A DNA stretch of 64,000 nt from the NCBI GenBank assembly GCA_013239625.1, contig MU053561.1, positions 5,568,439 to 5,632,438 on the forward strand. Reading direction: 5' to 3'. The notes beneath the pieces were generated by a model that was not told where the DNA came from, searched no databases, and saw nothing but the letters and a program-made list of their open reading frames with translations. Each line of letters opens with the position of its first letter. The stretch's first letter is position 1. Source of the DNA: Lama guanicoe (lineage: Eukaryota). Positions 52,075-64,000 of the stretch are shown piece after piece. The position numbers were made by a program, and so were the translations under genes.

Positions 52075-52605
52075 GTTGAATCCATTCAGGCTCTCGGGCA
52101 GCAAGCAACACGTGATAATCTGAAAGTTGTGGAAGGATATCAGGCAGCTCTTAAGAAGAAGGAAACCTTAACCTTAAGGAAAAGATGAAGAACCAGGACT
52201 TCAAAAAAAAAAGAAAGGAAGAAAGAAAGAGAGGGACAGAGGGAGGGAGGAGAGAGAGAGAGAAAGAAAGAAAAGAAAGAAGGAAGGAAGGAAGGAAGGA
52301 AGGAAGAAAAGGAAAAAGAAACGTAAATAACTCTAGGGATCTAGAGAACAGGAAAGAACAGAGAGCCTCTTTAAGTCTTCACAGTTAAATAAATCTCCCC
52401 CATCATTTCCTAACATTGTGTCAATCACTCTCAGTGCAAATTCCGAAGAGTCTGATTGGTCAAGACTGATCACATGCCCATCTCTTGGCCAGGGAATGCC
52501 TGGCAACTTTACCCACAGTCCCACCAAGACCACATGTGGCAGAGAGGGACAATTCCCCAGGGGAAAAATGAATTCCCAGAATAAGGGCAGACACAAGCTA
52601 CAGAC
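52075..52605. mobile_element. Old MaLR LTR (MLT1-like) containing a polypurine expansion
   Basis: gagtctgattggtcaagactgatcacatgcccatctcttggccaggga motif and MLT1-like start ggctctcgggcagcaagcaaca. Confidence 0.55.
52203..52321. repeat. Compound polypurine microsatellite (A)n/(GAAA)n/(GA)n/(GGAA)n
   Basis: About 119 nt of purines with a single C. Confidence 0.95.
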
Positions 52606-53324
52606 ATGCCCATGGGGATGTTAAACAGACAAGCCATCAAGCCAGGGCACTATGAGAGCAGAGCCCTAACCAAGTTGGGGAGAGTTTCAGTTACATTTCC
52701 AGAGCAAGTAACATTTAAACAGAAACTTTCTAGGAGTGATTTCTGCACAATTCTTCCCATCATATCTCTAGAAACAAACAAAATTAGGCCTTCTAATTTG
52801 ACCCTGTCAAAGTTCAACAGTTGTTCTCGTAAATAAATTCTAAATCTTGAGGTCATCAGAAGGAATACAAATTCTTAAATAAATCAACATTTGATAATAA
52901 TGATAACAGCCAGGCTACCATTTATGATGTGCTTATTATGTTTCAGACACTACGATTACATTATTTAATTTAAAACTCTCAAGAACTGGAGAGGCTGCAC
53001 TAGAGTCCTGTAAGGTAGAAACTCCAGTTTCTCTTTTACAAAAGGGCAGTATAGGCTTGGAGTGGTCAGGAAACTTGCCTAAAATGCCCACAAAAGGTAA
53101 TGCCAAAGGAGTCAACCTCAGGTTGCTCGGACTCCAAAGGCCATGTTTGTAACAAGCACTAAAAACTCCCAGTATCTTTACCATAAAAAATCAGTTGTAC
53201 GTTTTTGTTAGTTTTGGTCTTGCTTTAAAATTCAAATTAATTTAAATTGGCTTATTTCTATTTGAATGGTAATATTATTAAGGCTATAAAAATCTAAAAT
53301 AAAAAATTTTAAATTTAAAAATTA

Positions 53325-54580
53325 ATCTTCGGATCCTTATTTGACATCATATACAAAAATCAACTCAAAATGGACTAAAAGACCTCAAGTAAAAATGAAA
53401 ACTGTAATACTTTTAGAGGAAAGCATAGGGGGAAAGCTTCATGACGTTGGATTTGGCAATGATTTCTTGGATACAACAGGAAAAGTATAGGCAACAAAAG
53501 TAAAAATAGGCAAATGGAACTAAATTGAACTTTAAACCTTCTGTATATCAAAGGAAACAATCAACAGAGAAGAAAGGAAACCTATGGAATTGGAGAAAAT
53601 ATTTGCAAATCATGTATCTAATAAAGGATTAATATTAAGAATATATAAAGAACTCCAACAATGCAACAACAACAAAAAACAAATAACCTGAGTAAAAATG
53701 GGCAAAGAACTTGAATCGCTATTTCTCCAAAGAAGATATACAAATGGCCAACAAACAGATGAAAAGATGCTCAAGATTGCTAATCATCAGGGAAATGCAA
53801 AGCAAAACCATGCTGAGATACCAAATTACAAACGTCAGAATGGCCATTATCAGACAAACAAACAAACAAACAAAACACAGAAAATAACAAGTGTCCACAA
53901 GGATGTGGAGAATTTGAAACCCTTTTGGACTGTTGGTGGAAATGTAAAATTGTGTATAGACTATGGATAAGAATTTAGAGGTTCCTCAAAAGAGAAAATA
54001 CAGAATTATCATATGATATAGCAATCCCTCTTTTGGGTATATATCCAAAAGAATTATAAACAGAATCTTGAAGAGATATTTGCATGCCTGTGTTTACTGC
54101 AGCATTAGCCACAATAGCCAAAAGGTGGAAACAACCCAAATGTCCATCGATGTATGAATAGATAAATAAAATGTGGTCTATATTCACAATGGAATATTAT
54201 CCAGCATTTAAGAAAAAAAAAAGAAAAAAGGCAATTCTGTCACGTGCTCACCATGGATGAAACTTGAGGACATTATACTAAGTGAAATAAGCCTGGCACA
54301 AAAGGACGGATACTGTATGATTCCACTTATATGAAGTGTCTAAAGGTGTCGAACTTTTAGATATACAAAGCAGAATGGTGGTTGCCAGGGGCTGGAGGTA
54401 GAGGGGGAAGTGGGAGCGGTTCAGTGGGTATAGAGTTTCAGTTTTGCAAGAAGTAAAAGTTCTGGGAATCTGTTGCACAACAACATGCAGTTAATGTGTT
54501 AACTTAACTGTACTATATATACTTAAAATGATCAAGATAATATATTTTATGCTGTGTTTTTCTACTACAATACTTTTTAA
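53325..54580 (+). mobile_element. Old L1 (L1MA-late/L1MB-like), ORF2 end + 3' UTR
   Basis: atacaaaaatcaactcaaaatggac...ggagaaaatatttgcaaatcatgtatct...aaaaggtggaaacaacccaaatgtccatc...gtttcagttttgcaaga. Confidence 0.88.
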
Positions 54581-54964
54581 AGCACTGTTGGCTCAGGTTA
54601 AGCTTGTGGTCACATGAATTCTCCAGTTCTTAACACACATGTTATCACCAAGCCCAGTCTCTGTCATCCTGTACCTGTGAAATTGATTTAGAAAAAAAAA
54701 AAAAAGAAAAACAAACAACTTAAATGGGGGGGCTTTGCATTCATCGCTTTAAAATTTCATCATTCAGGCCTTAACTCATTATTCCAAGCCTAAGATAACT
54801 TAGCATTTTGATGTAATTGACTAGTTCCACCAATTTTGTATGACTTGAAGCCCTTGTTTAATACATCTCATGTATCTCTATCCAAGTCACTGAAAACAGG
54901 ACTTAACAACCAAGGTGAAGGTCCACAAATGATCTCTCTGCCAGCACTTTATCTGCACTTAAAA

Positions 54965-55139
54965 AAAATTTTTTTTAATTTAGGGGAGAGGTAATTAGGT
55001 TTATCTATCTGCCTGCCTGCCTATCTATCTGTCTGTCTGTCTATCTATCCATCCATCTATCTATCTTAGTGGAAGTGCTGGAGATTGAACCCAGGACCTT
55101 GTGCCTGCATTCTACCACTGAGTTATACCCTCCTCCCCC
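54965..55139 (-). mobile_element. tRNA-derived SINE (camelid type) with microsatellite in tail
   Basis: gagattgaacccaggaccttgtgc...ctaccactgagttataccctcc head, gaggtaattaggt tail element and a compound tetranucleotide repeat between them. Confidence 0.85.
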
Positions 55140-56092
55140 TGTACTTTTGTTTTTAATATACCTTTTCAACCAACCCAGGCATTTATTTATCAAACTCCTA
55201 TTGGTTATCCACCATGTGCCAGACACTGAGCTTGGTGCTGGTGACACAATTATGAACACACACCACACACACACACACACAAACACAGACTCTACTGCCT
55301 CTTCCTGAAGCCATCTACATTTCTATAGTTATTAACAAGTATATCATAAAAGACTGCAAAATACATCTCTGAAATTTCAGAAACAATGATCCTTAAAATT
55401 ATACATTTAAAGTAGCAATTGTATAGCAAGGGTAAAGTTTATCTTCCCCTCAAATCCAGGCTGATCAACTTTTTTCTATGACTGCTGTTACAAATTCCTA
55501 TGAATAAATTTAATTTTGCCTCACATTTTTATGGTCTGCCTTGCCCTAGACTATCTTTTAAAATTCTAACCAATGGTTAAACAATTTTTATGTTGAACTT
55601 AAATATTCAGTAAAGAAGTAAAGATTCTATTTGGTTTGAATTTGTATAGTTCATTAAACCCATGGTTTTCATTACAGTAATATCTAGAGGACTAATTATC
55701 TCTGAGTAATCACAGAGTATGAAGCAATTTAAATGTCATTCTAGCATAGATAGGTTAGAAGCAAATTTACTTATTAAATTATGAATGTTTTAGTTTGTAC
55801 TGGTCACTGAATAATTTAAAAATGAACATGACACTATTCCAAAGATGAAAAAATAGATGCAATGGCAGTAGCTTTGCATCAATTCAGAACAGTTGGAACT
55901 TTTCCTAAACAAATCAAAAAACTTTGTATTTTCGAGTTATACTTTCAAATGTGATTTTCAAGTGATTTATTTCACTAAAAATTTTCAAAAAGTTGGACTC
56001 TATTTTGAAGCTTAAAGAACATTTTCAAATAGGAATTAGCAACTGTTATTCCAAAAAAGGATTCATTTTATTAGCTGGGCAGTAATAACAGA

Positions 56093-56165
56093 GTATTGGG
56101 TTGAACCAAATACTGCAATTTTCAATAAGTAAAAATGATTTAAAATTGGCAATTTCATATAATGA
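56093..56165. mobile_element. Mariner-derived MITE relic (MADE2-like)
   Basis: tattgggttgaacca...ttggcaatttcatat resembles MADE2 termini. Confidence 0.55.
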
Positions 56166-58159
56166 ATATATCCCAGCATGTTATAGGTCTTTAAAAATAG
56201 AAATTAATTTTTAAAAATTATAAATAGAATTTAAAGCATTACATGAGATTTGGACAGAAAGTGAAAAAAATTCATAATTTCACCACACAAATACAAATTC
56301 TATGATCATTTCCCTCCCATTATTTTCTCTTGTGCATATTTTACATGCCTGTAATAGCATACATAAATGTTTGCATGTATAAAACATAAAACCTTACATT
56401 ATTTGTATTTTAAAATTTGTGGTATCCTTATATTTATAATATTTAATAATTGCATAACCCACTAATTGAATTTACTATAATTTACTTATTCATTCCCTTT
56501 TTGTTAAACATTCAGGTTGCTTCTAGTTTTTTAATATTATTAATGGTGTTTTGATGAGCATCTTCTGAATTGCTAAGAAAAGCTGCCTTATATTTATATA
56601 ATCCATTAAAAAAAAATCTGTCTCTGTATTTTTCCACTGTTTGGATTTTTTAATCAAGTAAATGATGATGAATATGTTAGGTACATCAGGAAATAGAAAG
56701 CAGTTCCATAAGTTTTTCTCTGTAATTTACCATTACCACTCAAAACTGATTTCTTTTATATTCATTAATTCATAAGGACAACATAATAATTTTCAGAGCT
56801 CATATTTACTACCAAACTTTCCACTGAGCTTGTAATTAAAATGTCAGAATGCATTTGTATCCTCAAAAACATTTTTTTGCCTCTGATGATTGATTCAAAA
56901 TTCTTTTTTTAAATCTTAATTCTCACATCTTCTACTTTAACTGTAAGATGAATCCTCAAAGTAAGAAAGAAAGCAAGAGTTTAAAATGTAAAATCTGTTC
57001 TTATTAGGGTGATACAGACAATGGGGTCTGGTGTTGTTGCTTTCTGACATTTTTTTCTCTGCACACTTAAAAATAAAAATTTGAATTGTGCAACCAAGAG
57101 TTTAAACCTTCCTATTGGACTATTGATGCATTATAGTTCTTAAATTTTAAAGACTGTTCCTTTTGTGTATTTTAAAGAGAATATGTCCAGTTCATTCTTA
57201 AGTTAGGATCAGACAACATCTTGGTCTGGTTCAGATTTTGCATTCTCATATATGACAGTAGAGAAGACTGCCAAAGAAGAGTGTAAATTTTGAGATATTC
57301 ACCAGTGTAACCTATTATCCATCTTTGGACCTTACTTCCTAGCATGTCAGCAGTCAACAAGTGAACTGGACTTCTAGTCTTCACGATTCACTTGGAGGAC
57401 TATTCACCATTATTCCACCTCCAAAGGGCGGTAATGATGAACATTAGGAGGTGCATAATAAACAGGTCTCTTTGTTTAGACTATTTAATCCAGAACAGTG
57501 GAAGTAGAAACACACGTCACCGCTCACTCATTTCTTTGAGTAATTCTTGATACTAATTCTCAATAGTTGGCAACAATTAACAAGAATGCAATATCTAGAA
57601 TTAGAACGAACCATTTTTATTGAAAATGTTCCAACCTGCTTTCTGTCCACTATCAAGCATTCTATGAGAAGAGATCATTCAATTCGACATATATTTGTGT
57701 CCTTTCTCTATGCAGGGTAAGATGTGTATTAAGGAAAGCTGTGCCCTTAAATTTTTACACTTTTCCTAGTCTAACAAAGGGCTGTATTCTTCCAAAACAC
57801 ATCCTGTGGCTGAGAATGTTTTTGTTAGTAGTTATGCAACCTTATGAAAAAGCATGGTCTTCTCCAAATTGGATACACTATAAATTGAAGACATTAGTCA
57901 TAGCTGGAGATTTTTCCTTCCATTTGAAACACACACACACTTTAATAGTTTCTTTCAGGCCAAATTTTAAGTGGTGTATTAAAATATTGAAGAAGAAAGA
58001 ACACATGTAAAACAAAAACCTTGGACAGATAATATTTTAAAAAGCAATATGCATTGGAAGGAGGAGAAATTGCAGTGTCATTTTCTCACATTTCAACCCT
58101 CCCCACCCCCCTGGCATCCACGTATAATTTCACAAAATGCAATATGATGCAGCCCTCAC

Positions 58160-58830
58160 TTATATACTCAACATGTAATTACTGAGCCCTTGTCATCAGT
58201 GTCACACTATAATCATCTCTGTGGGGGAATATAAGGGAAGGAAGGGCCCATCCTTGCCCCCAGGCAGCTTACAGCACCTTTGGGGAGATAAAACAAGCAT
58301 GCAAAGTTTAATAACAGTGTGGACTCCTGATTCTATGAGCCAGACAAGAGCACTTCAGGAGTGCCTAGGGGAGTGGTCAAAGGAAGGCTATAGAGAAGCA
58401 GTGGGGCTTGAGCCAGATCTTCAAGAATGAGCAGGATTTAGCTAGGTGAGGAGAGCCCAGGAGGGCACATGGATTGAGGTGAACATTTAAGAAAAGGGAG
58501 AATTATGTGACAGTGTCCAGGGGATGGTGAGTGAGTGATCAACAGACTGGCTGAAGTGGAGGGTCGCGTCATGAATAAGTAAAGCGGAATGAGATTGGAG
58601 TGGGGCAACTCAGGGAAGGCAATCGACTTATCGCTACCCACTATATGCCAGGCCCTTTATTGGCCTTATTGAATCTTTCCAAGGACCCTATCACTTCCCG
58701 GCTTTATAGATGACAAAACTGAGGCTCAGACAACTTATGTAGTTGTTTTCAAGGTCATAGGGCTGGCTGTGATAGCCTCAGGATTCAAACTCAAGTCTGT
58801 CCACACATCCTTAGTCGTTCTACTGTGCTA
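58160..58830 (-). mobile_element. L2 fragment followed by MIR
   Basis: tcaacatgtaattactgagccc...gggcttgagccagatcttcaagaatga (L2), then tttatagatgacaaaactgaggctcaga (MIR). Confidence 0.75.
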
Positions 58831-59959
58831 GTTCCTTTAAATGTCCTGCAGAAGGACTTGAACCTGGTTCTGTATGAATGCAGGACCAAGTGACCGAGGA
58901 AGTATAACCAGACATGGTGACTTGTCCTATGAATGCCTTAGCCTCCAATGGCCTGAGAGCCTAAACAAAGATTAAAATAAGAACAAACATACCCTCACTT
59001 CCTGAGATCACAGATGTCATGAATCCCAACGTTTATGATACAAAAGTCAGCTTGGAGTTCAAGGGTGCTCGGGTTTTACATGTTATGTAATTGAACATAA
59101 CAGTTTCACTTTACAGACTGTAGTCCTAGTTAAATCCTGTTCTGAGAAACGTTCAAGTCTTCTATGAATTTACCTACCCTAAACTTTAAGTTAATACATG
59201 TTCTAGAGGAGGATGAACAATGGATTTTTTGTTTGATAATAGTATTTACAGGCATCATCCAGTCTCAGTTGCTGAAGACGGGTGTTTTGAAGCCAGGGGA
59301 AAACATAGGTTCATTTTTGTCTCATTAAAAAAAAAAAAAATAGCTGACTCTCGACTAAAAAAAAAGAAAAAATCAAGAATCTCCTTTTTGTCTGCAGTGC
59401 TTTCCCACTGTTCCTTCTTTGTTGGCTATAATAACAGTAAAAAAGGAATGTGGTGGTTAAATATTTATGATCGCTTGCTGTTCAGTGTGTGTTTTTATTA
59501 TTTTTAGCAAATAACAGACTAGCTAATGGTTTGTTTCACCTGGTTTGCAAACATCCAGTATCTGATTTTGATCTATCACTGACAGATCTCTGCTTTATCT
59601 GAAAAAAGAACACAACAGCCTTGCCTTTCTGTGGCCTTCCAGCCTCTAAGAAGCCCATTTGATAGTCGCAGGTGATTAGGTTTTCCGCTCTCAGGTCTCC
59701 GGGTGGGCAAAGTACCGCAAGTGCAGACCAGGGAGACTGTGGAGACGGAATCTCTTCTCCATGGGGCAGAGTCCCTCCAAAGTACAAGCCAGGGTTAGTG
59801 GGATGGAAACGTCAGAAGGAAAGTTCTGCTCATCTTTCTGTCTTATTGTTATGAAAAGGATGGCATTTTCCAGAAGTTATTCCCTTAGCAAAGCAAAGAG
59901 AAAACGAAGCAGAGAAAGGGGGAGAATGTTTCCTAAAATGCATTGACCCTTGAGCCTAG

Positions 59960-60140
59960 CAGGGCTGACTTCCCGGGCAGGCGGGCCACCCGTGTGGGCT
60001 CATGGGGCCCTGCGTTCACAGGGCCTCGTGCTGGGTTTTATGCTCTGCCGTCACCATCTAGAAAGTCTAAATACTTTTTGAACCAGGCACCTCGAGTTTT
60101 CACGTTTCACTAGGCCCCACAAATTACGTAGCGGGTCCCG
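59960..60140. mobile_element. hAT-Tip100 MITE, MER45A-like, full length with 8-bp TSD
   Basis: cagggctgacttc...tttcactaggccccacaaattacgtagcgggtcccg. TSD gagcctag (59952-59959) / cagcctag (60141-60148). Confidence 0.85.
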
Positions 60141-60583
60141 CAGCCTAGTGAAGTATGGGATGAAAAGGTAGCTCATTTTGCTCTATGGCAAAAGCTTCTC
60201 TCAAGGTGGCTGGAGCACAGAACGCAACAACAGGAGCCAACAGAAGTAGAGGGAGGGGGGAGCAGAGGAAACAGTCGATGGTAATGCACCTTTCATGACT
60301 AACAAGGATGCATATGCAACTTGTTCTCAAGGGCAAAAGAGAAATATGGCTGGAAAGAGAACCATCTATTGGCCATGTCTTCCCATTTGGCTACTTTGTA
60401 TCTGAATTCTCTATTCCTTGTTTATAGCCTCCCGTACCTGCCCTGCTGTGTGTGCACAGTCATTTGGACATTGCCTGTAACTTTGTTTATATAATCCACA
60501 ATTGGTACTGATATCAGAGGTAAAATATCTTATGTTGATACTATTAAAATCAAGAATCTTACCATTAGGTCTGTGTTCTCAAG

Positions 60584-61067
60584 TGTGCAAATAAATAAAA
60601 ACTAGCCAAATGAGAAAAGCAGAGGCTATTTATTCTGAGCTTACTGTAGCATGGGAGTCAGCCACTGTCACTTGCGTTTTGGCAGAGACTCAAAGGCAGG
60701 CAGAGGCGTGGGGAAGCTCTGTAATGGGAAACCGAGAAGGCTGCAGGTGCCCTGAGTGCAGGCTATTGGTGGGGGGAAGCTGGAGATGGGCCAACTAGAA
60801 GGGGGGCGTCCTGTGTGGTTGGTTAGGGGTACATTATTTGGCTTTCTCTGGTTGGTCCCAAGTTAAGAGTAGAGAAAAGAGTTAGGGAAGCTCTCAGTTA
60901 TTAATCATGTCCTGGCCATTTTGGGGTTGGCGATTACAGAAGTCATTATTTAGCTTCTTGGATGTTCCTGGATAAGGGGCTGGCTTCCTGGGCAGGTGGC
61001 TACAGGTGGGTCAGAGTTCTATTTTCATGTGGTCTGGCCATTGTCCATTTGTGTATTCAGTCTCTCA
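60584..61067 (-). mobile_element. ERV1-class solo LTR with 4-bp TSD
   Basis: TG...CA termini and caag on both sides (60580-60583, 61068-61071). Minus-strand AATAAA at ~60629-60634. Confidence 0.8.
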
Positions 61068-62299
61068 CAAGGCACCCCTTAATTACAGGGCTTTGTTGAT
61101 ATGGTTATAATAAATTTCCTATTTTAAATGGTCCCTACACAACATGGTTTCTTCTCTCCTAGTCCAGGTAGCAATCATTTTTCATACTAAATGTACCAGA
61201 TAATGTATTTCTTACGTGGTCTTACTAAAGAGGCCTTATTAGCCAATTCATTTAGAGAGTTTACATGTTAGGAGAAGAAAACAACCTGATTTAAGGCAAG
61301 CCCTTAATAATTTTTTTGTTCTGCTTTGGGGAAAACAGTTTTTCTCAGATTTTTCCTCAATTTTTCCTCAGACATTTAAACTGCAGTCACCAGTTGCCTT
61401 TGTGATGTCATCACCAACCTGTTTTGGAGACAGAGCCGGGGGCCAGGGCAGATGTGGTACCAACTTTCCCACCGGTGCACCTCAGGTATAAGACTTTGAC
61501 CTCAGGTATAAGGCTTTTTTAGGAGGCATGCTGGGGGCGGCTGGTGTTGGATGAACCTGGATTAGGGCCCATGGAAAAAAACTGCACTTTGGCCTCCTTC
61601 TAGCCAAAAGTCAAAAGCTAGCCATCAACTCTTAACAGTAACCGGGTATCATTTTCCCTGCTTGAGCTTTGTAGACGAGGAATATTGTGTCTGACAGAGT
61701 TTTTGTTACACCGTGATTCCACTTGACAGATGTGGATTTCTGGTTGATGGCTGTTATAATGGTGTCTGATGAATTCTAAAGTCTTAACTGAATTAGTAGA
61801 GATCCCCCCTTTCTCCAGGCAGGTTAGAAGATATCCATAATTCATATTAATTTCATCAGTTAACACAGACTAAAAGTTCAAGGCCTGGATCATGAAATAA
61901 AGTTAGTAAAAATCACTGTCATTACTGAGATTTATTGAATAGCACTTAAAAATAAATGTTAAAATGCTTGATGAAATATATAATTTTCTAAGAACACATA
62001 TAATTTATAGAGTAGAAAAGACATAGAATATGTATAATTCTAAAGCTTCTAGCAGCCACATTTGCAATTTCTATTCACGCTCCCGTGAGCTCACTGTTTT
62101 TCTTCCCCCTGCACTCCTGCCAACGCAGCATCTTGGCCAAGTTCTCACTCTTCCAGATCTAGGTTGTGGCAACAGCCCCTCCCCTACCTTTACCCCAGTC
62201 CTTCTATTCAGTTTCCAAGACCAGTTGCCATAAACATCCTTTTCGTTACATCCTCAAGGCCTTGGCAACTTGGTGGCATAATAAACACAATTAACACAC

Positions 62300-63700
62300 G
62301 AGGTCACTTCGTATATACCACGTATTGTGCTGCTTTATATGCACAGCTGTGTTAGGAGGTGGGTTCTACCATTCTGAGAAACAGAGACTACTACTAAGAA
62401 GGTTAAGTGACTCACTGGAGATCTTTCATCACCAGAAGGTGTGGACCCAAAGCCTAAGCTCTTAACCACTAAGCTCTTCTGCATGGCACAGGCTTCCGCA
62501 TCAGAAAGGCTTGGACCTGAGCTGTCTCTGCCATTTACTAGCTGTGCGGCTTTGGGCAACTGGACCCATACGGGTCTTGCTTGTTTCATGTGTAAAATGT
62601 GAACGTTTGGAGGATTGGGTGATGTAGTGGAGCTGGGATTCACACCAGGCATCAAGTCTGCCTCTTAACCACTGCTAGGCAATTTACAGTAAGTGCCTCG
62701 CACCAACTCAGGAACAGTATGTTCTCAATAAAGGTGGTTAATGAGGGAAAACGACTCCTTAGCCTAGTTCTCAAGATTCTCCATCGGTAAGATCCTCCTT
62801 CTCCCTACTAATTCCTCAGTCTCCCCAGGTTCACCTCTCTAATCTTAACAGCTCAGGAAGTAAGATTGAAAGAAAAGAGAGCATTGCATTAGGGGTTAGA
62901 ACACCTGGGTACCAGTCCTGGCTCCGCCCTATGAGCTGTGTGATTTTGGCCAACAATACAGTCTTTGAATCTTGCATTCCTTGTCCATAAAATGGGGATT
63001 ATGTCCTTCTTGCCCTATTTCATAGGGCTTTTATAAGAGTTAGATGTGTTACTATTATGAGAGCACTTTGAAAACATAACAAGTAGTGTTAATCTGTTTA
63101 CTTTGCGGAAGCAACTCTCTAGTGAAGTCAGGGTACTGGGAGGGGGTCCATCCAACCTGGTGGGTCAGAGAAGTCTCCCTGGAGGAGCTGATGCCAGGGT
63201 TGACACTTGAGGAAGGTGAAGCGTTAGCAGGTAAAGACGGTTCCAGACTGCAGCAATGGTGTGAACAAAGTCAAGGAGGTGTGACATGTCAGTGTGAGCT
63301 CAGAGAATGATGGACAGTTCTGTATTCTCAGACCTAGAAGTGAGATAGGGAGATGCAGACAGGGGTCAGGTCAGGAGGACCTTGCAGGCTGGCCAAGGAA
63401 CTTGAACTCTTACAGCTCCAGAGCCGTAAGAGCCGTGGAGGATCTCAAGGAAATGAATCATGTGGTGGATCAGTGTTGTAAAAAGATTACTCTCATAGTG
63501 GAGGGGAGGATGGAATGGAGGGAAACAAGAATGAAGTTGAGAGCATGGACAGGATAAAAGCTTTAGCCAAGGTCAGTAGTAGGGGGAAAGGGTGAGCAAA
63601 AGGAGGGGTGATATCAATAAATATTTAGATGACAAAATTGGCAGCACTTGGTACTAAGTAATTAGTAGTGTCTTTGGATAATAAAAATTGACAAGTTTGA
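62300..63700. mobile_element. Cluster of MIRs (62300-62470, 62490-62700, 62870-63080) and an L2 (63100-63700)
   Basis: MIR cores (actagctgtgcggctttgggcaac; ccttgtccataaaatggggatt) and L2 motifs (gtcagagaagtctccctggaggagctgatg; aaaaagattactctc). Confidence 0.7.
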
Positions 63701-64000
63701 TGATTGATCCTTGGCAAAATGCTGTAGTCGATTTTCCAAAGTGGTAAGTGAGCATTTAATTTAGAAACTAAACAGGTGTGTTAATTTAACATCAGATTAG
63801 GTCAACTATGAACAAATCAAACCAAATGTGCCTTATTTTCTTCTTTATAAAAGTTATTTTTTCCATTAGAAAAATAATAGATGCCTGTTATAGAAAACTT
63901 GGAAAATGTAGAAAACTAGGGTAGGGAAAATTTCTGCCACCGACTAGTAACATTTTGTATTTTTTTTCTATGAATATCTTTTAATATGATTGTAATCAGT

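Noticed and set aside
22127..54478. Many 60-120 aa ORFs with L1 ORF2-like or antisense-L1 peptides
   Set aside because: They are fragments of 5'-truncated, frameshifted L1 copies with no ORF1, endonuclease or complete RT. They are not genes or active elements.
1..64000. CRISPR arrays, operons or prokaryotic defence systems
   Set aside because: The sequence is mammalian, with no regularly spaced repeat-spacer array or gene-dense region. Recurrent motifs are dispersed retrotransposon ends.

Overview
This is mammalian genomic DNA, not prokaryotic. It is most likely from a camelid (camel, llama or alpaca): there are four copies of a tRNA-derived SINE matching the camelid Vic-1 type, and I saw no Alu, B1/B2, PRE-1 or Bov-A SINEs. 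The only supportable gene is MAGI3 on the minus strand. Its first coding exon runs 8894->8579 (316 nt, N-terminal PDZ0 domain) inside a CpG-island promoter at about 8.4-10.0 kb, and bases 1-8578 are the start of intron 1. The remaining ~54 kb is upstream intergenic DNA rich in transposon relics: MIR, L2, MaLR/ERV LTRs, hAT and mariner elements, old L1M copies and younger lineage-specific 5'-truncated L1s with intact target-site duplications (TSDs). Almost all other ORFs in the track are repeat-derived or chance. I found no convincing new biological system. The best second-look items are an out-of-frame upstream ORF overlapping the MAGI3 start codon, G-quadruplex-type tracts around exon 1, a hAT transposase fossil split by two L1 insertions, several datable insertions with exact TSDs, two long perfect inverted repeats and a candidate SOX/POU enhancer. 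Repeat family names come from recalled consensus sequences, and boundaries without a TSD are approximate.
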